From contig CAVSQB010000019.1 in assembly GCA_963729895.1 (NCBI GenBank), forward strand, positions 160,001 through 224,000: 64,000 nt of DNA, read 5' to 3'. Under the pieces are notes generated by a model, which searched no databases, was not told where the DNA came from, and was given only the letters and a program-made list of their open reading frames with translations. Both the position numbers and the translations under genes were made by a program. This DNA comes from an uncultured Fibrobacterota bacterium (GTDB lineage: Bacteria; Fibrobacterota; Chitinivibrionia; Chitinivibrionales; FEN-1185). Within the stretch, counting starts at the first letter, position 1. Every line of letters begins with the position of its first letter. Below are positions 60,402 through 64,000 of this stretch, piece after piece.

Positions 60402-61337
60402 ATGCCAGACGATATCATAATCAATGACCTTTACAAGAACTACTCGGGTGAACACGCCCTTGCCGGTGTCTCGCTTTCCGTACCGCGGGGGTCTTTGTAT
60501 GGTTTGATCGGCGCGGACGGAGCCGGCAAGTCCACGCTCATGCGGGTATGCACCACGCTTATCGCGGCCGACAAGGGGACCGCGCTGGTGTGCGGTTTTG
60601 ACGCAGCCCGTGACTTTCAGAAGATCCGCAACCAAATCGGCTACATGCCGCAGAAGTTTTCCCTCTACCAGGACCTGAGCGTGCGGGAGAACATGCAGTT
60701 CTTTGCAGATCTTTTCGGCGTTAAGCCAAAGGAACGGGACGAACGCATGAAGCGCCTTCTCGAATTCTCCCGGCTTGCGCCCTTTGTTGACAGACGCGCT
60801 CGGAATCTTTCCGGCGGCATGAAACAGAAGCTCGCACTGTCATGCACCCTCATTCATACGCCAAAAGTGCTGTTTCTTGATGAGCCTACCACCGGCGTAG
60901 ACCCTGTTTCACGCAAGGAATTCTGGGCCATTCTCAAAGACCTCGGGAACCAGGGTATCACGATCGTCATTTCAACGCCGTACATGGACGAAGCGCACTT
61001 GTGCGACGAATTGCTGTTTCTGCACCGGGGAAAAGTCGTGCGGCAGGGAAACCCGGAGGCGCTGCTTACCGCATATCCGTATCGTATTTACCGGATATCA
61101 AGCTCCTCGTCCACCCTTACCGTACCGAAAGGAGTTTCCCTTCCGCACGGGGTGGCGCTGTTGTATCCCGAAGGCGGCAGCATCCACGCTGCAATCAACG
61201 ATGCGAGTCTCCGCGATTATGGAATACTGCCGCTGGTGAGGCCGCTGCTTCCACATGCGGAATCCGCGGTGCAGGTGAGCCCAAAAATTGAGGATCTGTT
61301 TATCCATCTTCTCTCCCGGGAGGGAAACGCGCAGTGA
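60402..61337 (+). CDS. ABC transporter ATP-binding protein
   Basis: GADGAGKST, LSGGMKQKL, LDEPTTGVDPVSR. Confidence 0.93.
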   Translation: MPDDIIINDLYKNYSGEHALAGVSLSVPRGSLYGLIGADGAGKSTLMRVCTTLIAADKGTALVCGFDAARDFQKIRNQIGYMPQKFSLYQDLSVRENMQFFADLFGVKPKERDERMKRLLEFSRLAPFVDRRARNLSGGMKQKLALSCTLIHTPKVLFLDEPTTGVDPVSRKEFWAILKDLGNQGITIVISTPYMDEAHLCDELLFLHRGKVVRQGNPEALLTAYPYRIYRISSSSSTLTVPKGVSLPHGVALLYPEGGSIHAAINDASLRDYGILPLVRPLLPHAESAVQVSPKIEDLFIHLLSREGNAQ

Positions 61338-62065
61338 CCTTTTCCATCGAAACCAGCGACCTCACCAAGAAATTCGGTTCGTACACCGCCGTTGACCATA
61401 TCAACGTATCGGTGAAGCAGGGTGAGGTATTCGGGTTCCTGGGAGCAAACGGGGCCGGAAAAACAACGGCGATTCGCATGCTGTGCGGTCTTTTGGAACC
61501 GACGAGCGGCTCCGGTCATGTGGCGGGCTTCGACATCATGAAGGAGCCCTCCAAAATCCGCTCGCGCATCGGCTACATGTCGCAGAAGTTCTCGCTCTAC
61601 CCCGACCTTGTCGTACGCGACAACCTTAAGCTCTATGGGTCGCTCTACGGACTTTCACGGCAATCCCTCGATCAACGTATCGGCGAGATGTCGGCATTTC
61701 TCGGGCTTGACGACCTCTTCGGCAGGGTTACCGGCACCCTGCCTTGGGGTTGGCAACAACGGCTGAGCCTTGCCTGCGCGAATCTGCACAAACCCCAGAT
61801 TCTGTTTCTCGACGAGCCCACCGGCTCCGTTGACCCCGTCAGCCGGCGCAATTTCTGGGATCTCATCCAACTGTTGGCCGAACAGGGGACCACGATTTTT
61901 GTCACCACGCACCATATGGACGAAGCGGAATATTGCCACCGCATTTCAATCATGATAAACGGCACAATCGCGGCCATAGACTCGCCGCAATCGCTCAAGC
62001 AACAATACAAATGCGAAACTCTTCTCGATGCCTTTCTGGCCGTCGTGGAGGGGGGCAACCGGTGA
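61334..62065 (+). CDS. ABC transporter ATP-binding protein
   Basis: GANGAGKTT, LPWGWQQRL, LDEPTGSVDP. Confidence 0.93.
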   Translation: MTFSIETSDLTKKFGSYTAVDHINVSVKQGEVFGFLGANGAGKTTAIRMLCGLLEPTSGSGHVAGFDIMKEPSKIRSRIGYMSQKFSLYPDLVVRDNLKLYGSLYGLSRQSLDQRIGEMSAFLGLDDLFGRVTGTLPWGWQQRLSLACANLHKPQILFLDEPTGSVDPVSRRNFWDLIQLLAEQGTTIFVTTHHMDEAEYCHRISIMINGTIAAIDSPQSLKQQYKCETLLDAFLAVVEGGNR

Positions 62066-63168
62066 ACCCGCGCATTCGTGCACTCATGCGCAAGGAAGTC
62101 TGGCATATTCTGCGGGACTGGCAGACGCTTGTCATCGTGCTTGCCATGCCGGTGTTCATGATGTTTCTCTACGGCTATGCGCTCGATGTCAACATTAGCG
62201 ACGTGCGCGTGATGGTGGAAGACCCGTCGCCGTCGGTCGAAACCGCGGAGATAATCCGGGCCATAGACCACAGCAGCCTCTTCAAGGTTGTCGGCGTGGT
62301 TCATTCCGCAGGCAACCCGGACGAGATCTTCAGGCGGTATCATGTCAAGGCTCTGTTCCGGTTCTCGCCGGAATTCACCGCAGACCTTCGGCGGCCGGGC
62401 AGCCCGGCCTCGGTGCAGGTACTTATTGACGGATCGGACCAGAACCTGGGCACGGTGCTCCGGAATGTTGTGGAACCGTTTCTGCAGAAAAGCGCGCTTG
62501 AGATCCTGCACGTGCCGGTGCCCTCCGCCATCAACGTGCGCCAGACAATCTTGTACAACCCCCAGCAGAAAAGCGCCATGTACTTTGTGCCCGGCCTCAT
62601 GGTGACCATTCTCATGATGATTTCCGCAATGCTCACCTCGCTCACCATAACGCGCGAGAAGGAATCGGGCTCCCTGGAGCAGATGCTCGTGTCGCCCGTA
62701 CGGCCCGCAGAAATCATGGCCGGTAAAATCGCTCCCTATATCGTGCTGGCGGCAATTGACGGCGCGCTTATCCTCCTTGTCGGCTATGTCGTGTTCGGCG
62801 TCGCGATTTCCGGGAGTCTGCTTCTGCTTGCCGCGGCGAGCCTCATTTACATCTTTGCGGCGCTGGCGCTCGGGCTGCTTATCAGCACGGTGGCAAACAA
62901 ACAGGAACACGCGATGCTTATTGTGCTCCCGGTCACGGTGCTTCCAACCGTGCTTTTGTCCGGGTTCATTTTTCCCATTGCCAGCCTGCCGCCGCTGCTG
63001 CAGTATGTATGCATGGTCATTCCAGCCACCTATTTTCTCGAAATAATACGCGGCATTATTCTCAAGGGGGTGGGGCTTGGGGTTCTGTGGCGGCCGATGC
63101 TGGTTCTCGGGTTCATGGGGCTTTTTCTTATCGTGGTTTCCGTCAGAAAGTTCAGGGTGAAGCTGTGA
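62062..63168 (+). CDS. ABC-2 permease (YbhS-like)
   Basis: KEVWHILRD, YNP..VPGL, REKESGSLEQMLVSP; GTG start overlaps the upstream stop. Confidence 0.9.
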   Translation: MNPRIRALMRKEVWHILRDWQTLVIVLAMPVFMMFLYGYALDVNISDVRVMVEDPSPSVETAEIIRAIDHSSLFKVVGVVHSAGNPDEIFRRYHVKALFRFSPEFTADLRRPGSPASVQVLIDGSDQNLGTVLRNVVEPFLQKSALEILHVPVPSAINVRQTILYNPQQKSAMYFVPGLMVTILMMISAMLTSLTITREKESGSLEQMLVSPVRPAEIMAGKIAPYIVLAAIDGALILLVGYVVFGVAISGSLLLLAAASLIYIFAALALGLLISTVANKQEHAMLIVLPVTVLPTVLLSGFIFPIASLPPLLQYVCMVIPATYFLEIIRGIILKGVGLGVLWRPMLVLGFMGLFLIVVSVRKFRVKL

Positions 63169-64000
63169 ACTTCATCCGGCTCATTGTCTGGAAGGAATTC
63201 ACGCAGATCCGGTCCGACCCGATCGTCATCCGGCTTATCATCGTGCCCGTGATCCTCCAGATGTTCGTGCTGGGATATGCGCTCACCACCGAGGTGAAGA
63301 ACACTACCCTCACGATACTTGACAGAAGCAATACTCCCGAAAGCGTCTCGCTCGTCCAGACCATTCTTCACAACGAGTTGTTCCGCTTTGCCGGCTACGC
63401 CGAAAGCGAAACAGACTGCCGCGACCGCCTCGACAGGGGCGATGCGAGGCTTGCGCTCATTGTGCCGGCACAGTTCGCAAGAGATTTGGAGGCACCGCGC
63501 GGCGCCGAGGTCTCGCTCATCATAGACGGCCAGGATGCCAATTCCTCGAATATCTCGAGCGGCTACATGAATTCCATAATCTCCGGGTGGAGCGTCTCCT
63601 TTCTCGAAAAGAAACTTGAGGCCGGCGGGTTGCGGCTCAGGAACGTGTTGCCCATAGAAGTGCATCCGGTCATCATGTACAACCCCATGCTCAAATCGAC
63701 CTGGTACATGGTGCCCGCCCTCGCCGTTGTCCTTGTCACCATGATCACCGCGCTTCTCACGGGATTTTCTATTGTTAAGGAGAAAGAAGCGGGCACGCTC
63801 GAACAGCTCATGGTGACGCCCATCAGCCCGGTACACGTGGTACTTGGCAAGATCGTGCCCTATGTGGTGATCGGCCTGCTCGAATTGAGCGCAGTTCTCG
63901 CCTGCGCAACCCTGTGGTTCCGCGTGCCGTTCAAGGGAAATTTCTTCACCCTGCTTTTGTTCGGTCTTATTTACATGACGTCTTCCATCGGCATCGGCAT
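63165..64000 (+). CDS. ABC-2 permease (YbhR-like), runs off the right edge of the window
   Basis: Read directly from GTG 63165: MNFIRLIVWKEFTQIRSD...YNP...KEKEAGTLEQLMVTP; not in the ORF track. Confidence 0.88.
   Translation, partial: MNFIRLIVWKEFTQIRSDPIVIRLIIVPVILQMFVLGYALTTEVKNTTLTILDRSNTPESVSLVQTILHNELFRFAGYAESETDCRDRLDRGDARLALIVPAQFARDLEAPRGAEVSLIIDGQDANSSNISSGYMNSIISGWSVSFLEKKLEAGGLRLRNVLPIEVHPVIMYNPMLKSTWYMVPALAVVLVTMITALLTGFSIVKEKEAGTLEQLMVTPISPVHVVLGKIVPYVVIGLLELSAVLACATLWFRVPFKGNFFTLLLFGLIYMTSSIGIG

Overview
64-kb bacterial window, probably from a Fibrobacterota (Chitinivibrionia-like) genome; this is inferred from a TIGR02147-like gene and secreted glycoside hydrolases with C-terminal sorting tails. 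Left: ftsH and tilS, followed by an ~18-kb element integrated in the 3' half of a tRNA-Met(CAT) gene (51-bp att repeats at 4733-4783 and 22743-22793). It looks like a phage satellite: integrase, excisionase, primase-polymerase, helicase and an iteron-like origin, with no capsid or conjugation genes. Its cargo is defence-like: a type IIG R-M enzyme, an ABC-ATPase/TOPRIM pair, a SLOG-PRTase fusion, and a DUF3800 gene preceded by a promoter, a ~110-nt structured RNA and a U-tract. That RNA-protein module is the best candidate for an undescribed system. Middle: an envelope-protein cluster (DedA-like, TolB, multi-BON, Slp, S10 peptidase, Pal, DegQ, MacAB-TolC-like) with five sigma54-type promoters; IS elements interrupt two of its genes. 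Right: three secreted glycoside hydrolases, an FHA-GAF-adenylate cyclase, a TIGR02147-like gene with a lipoprotein, and a TetR-led ABC-2 efflux operon. IS content is three IS5-family copies (CTAG target), one IS4 and one IS1380. All family assignments come from recognising motifs by eye; no database searches were run.
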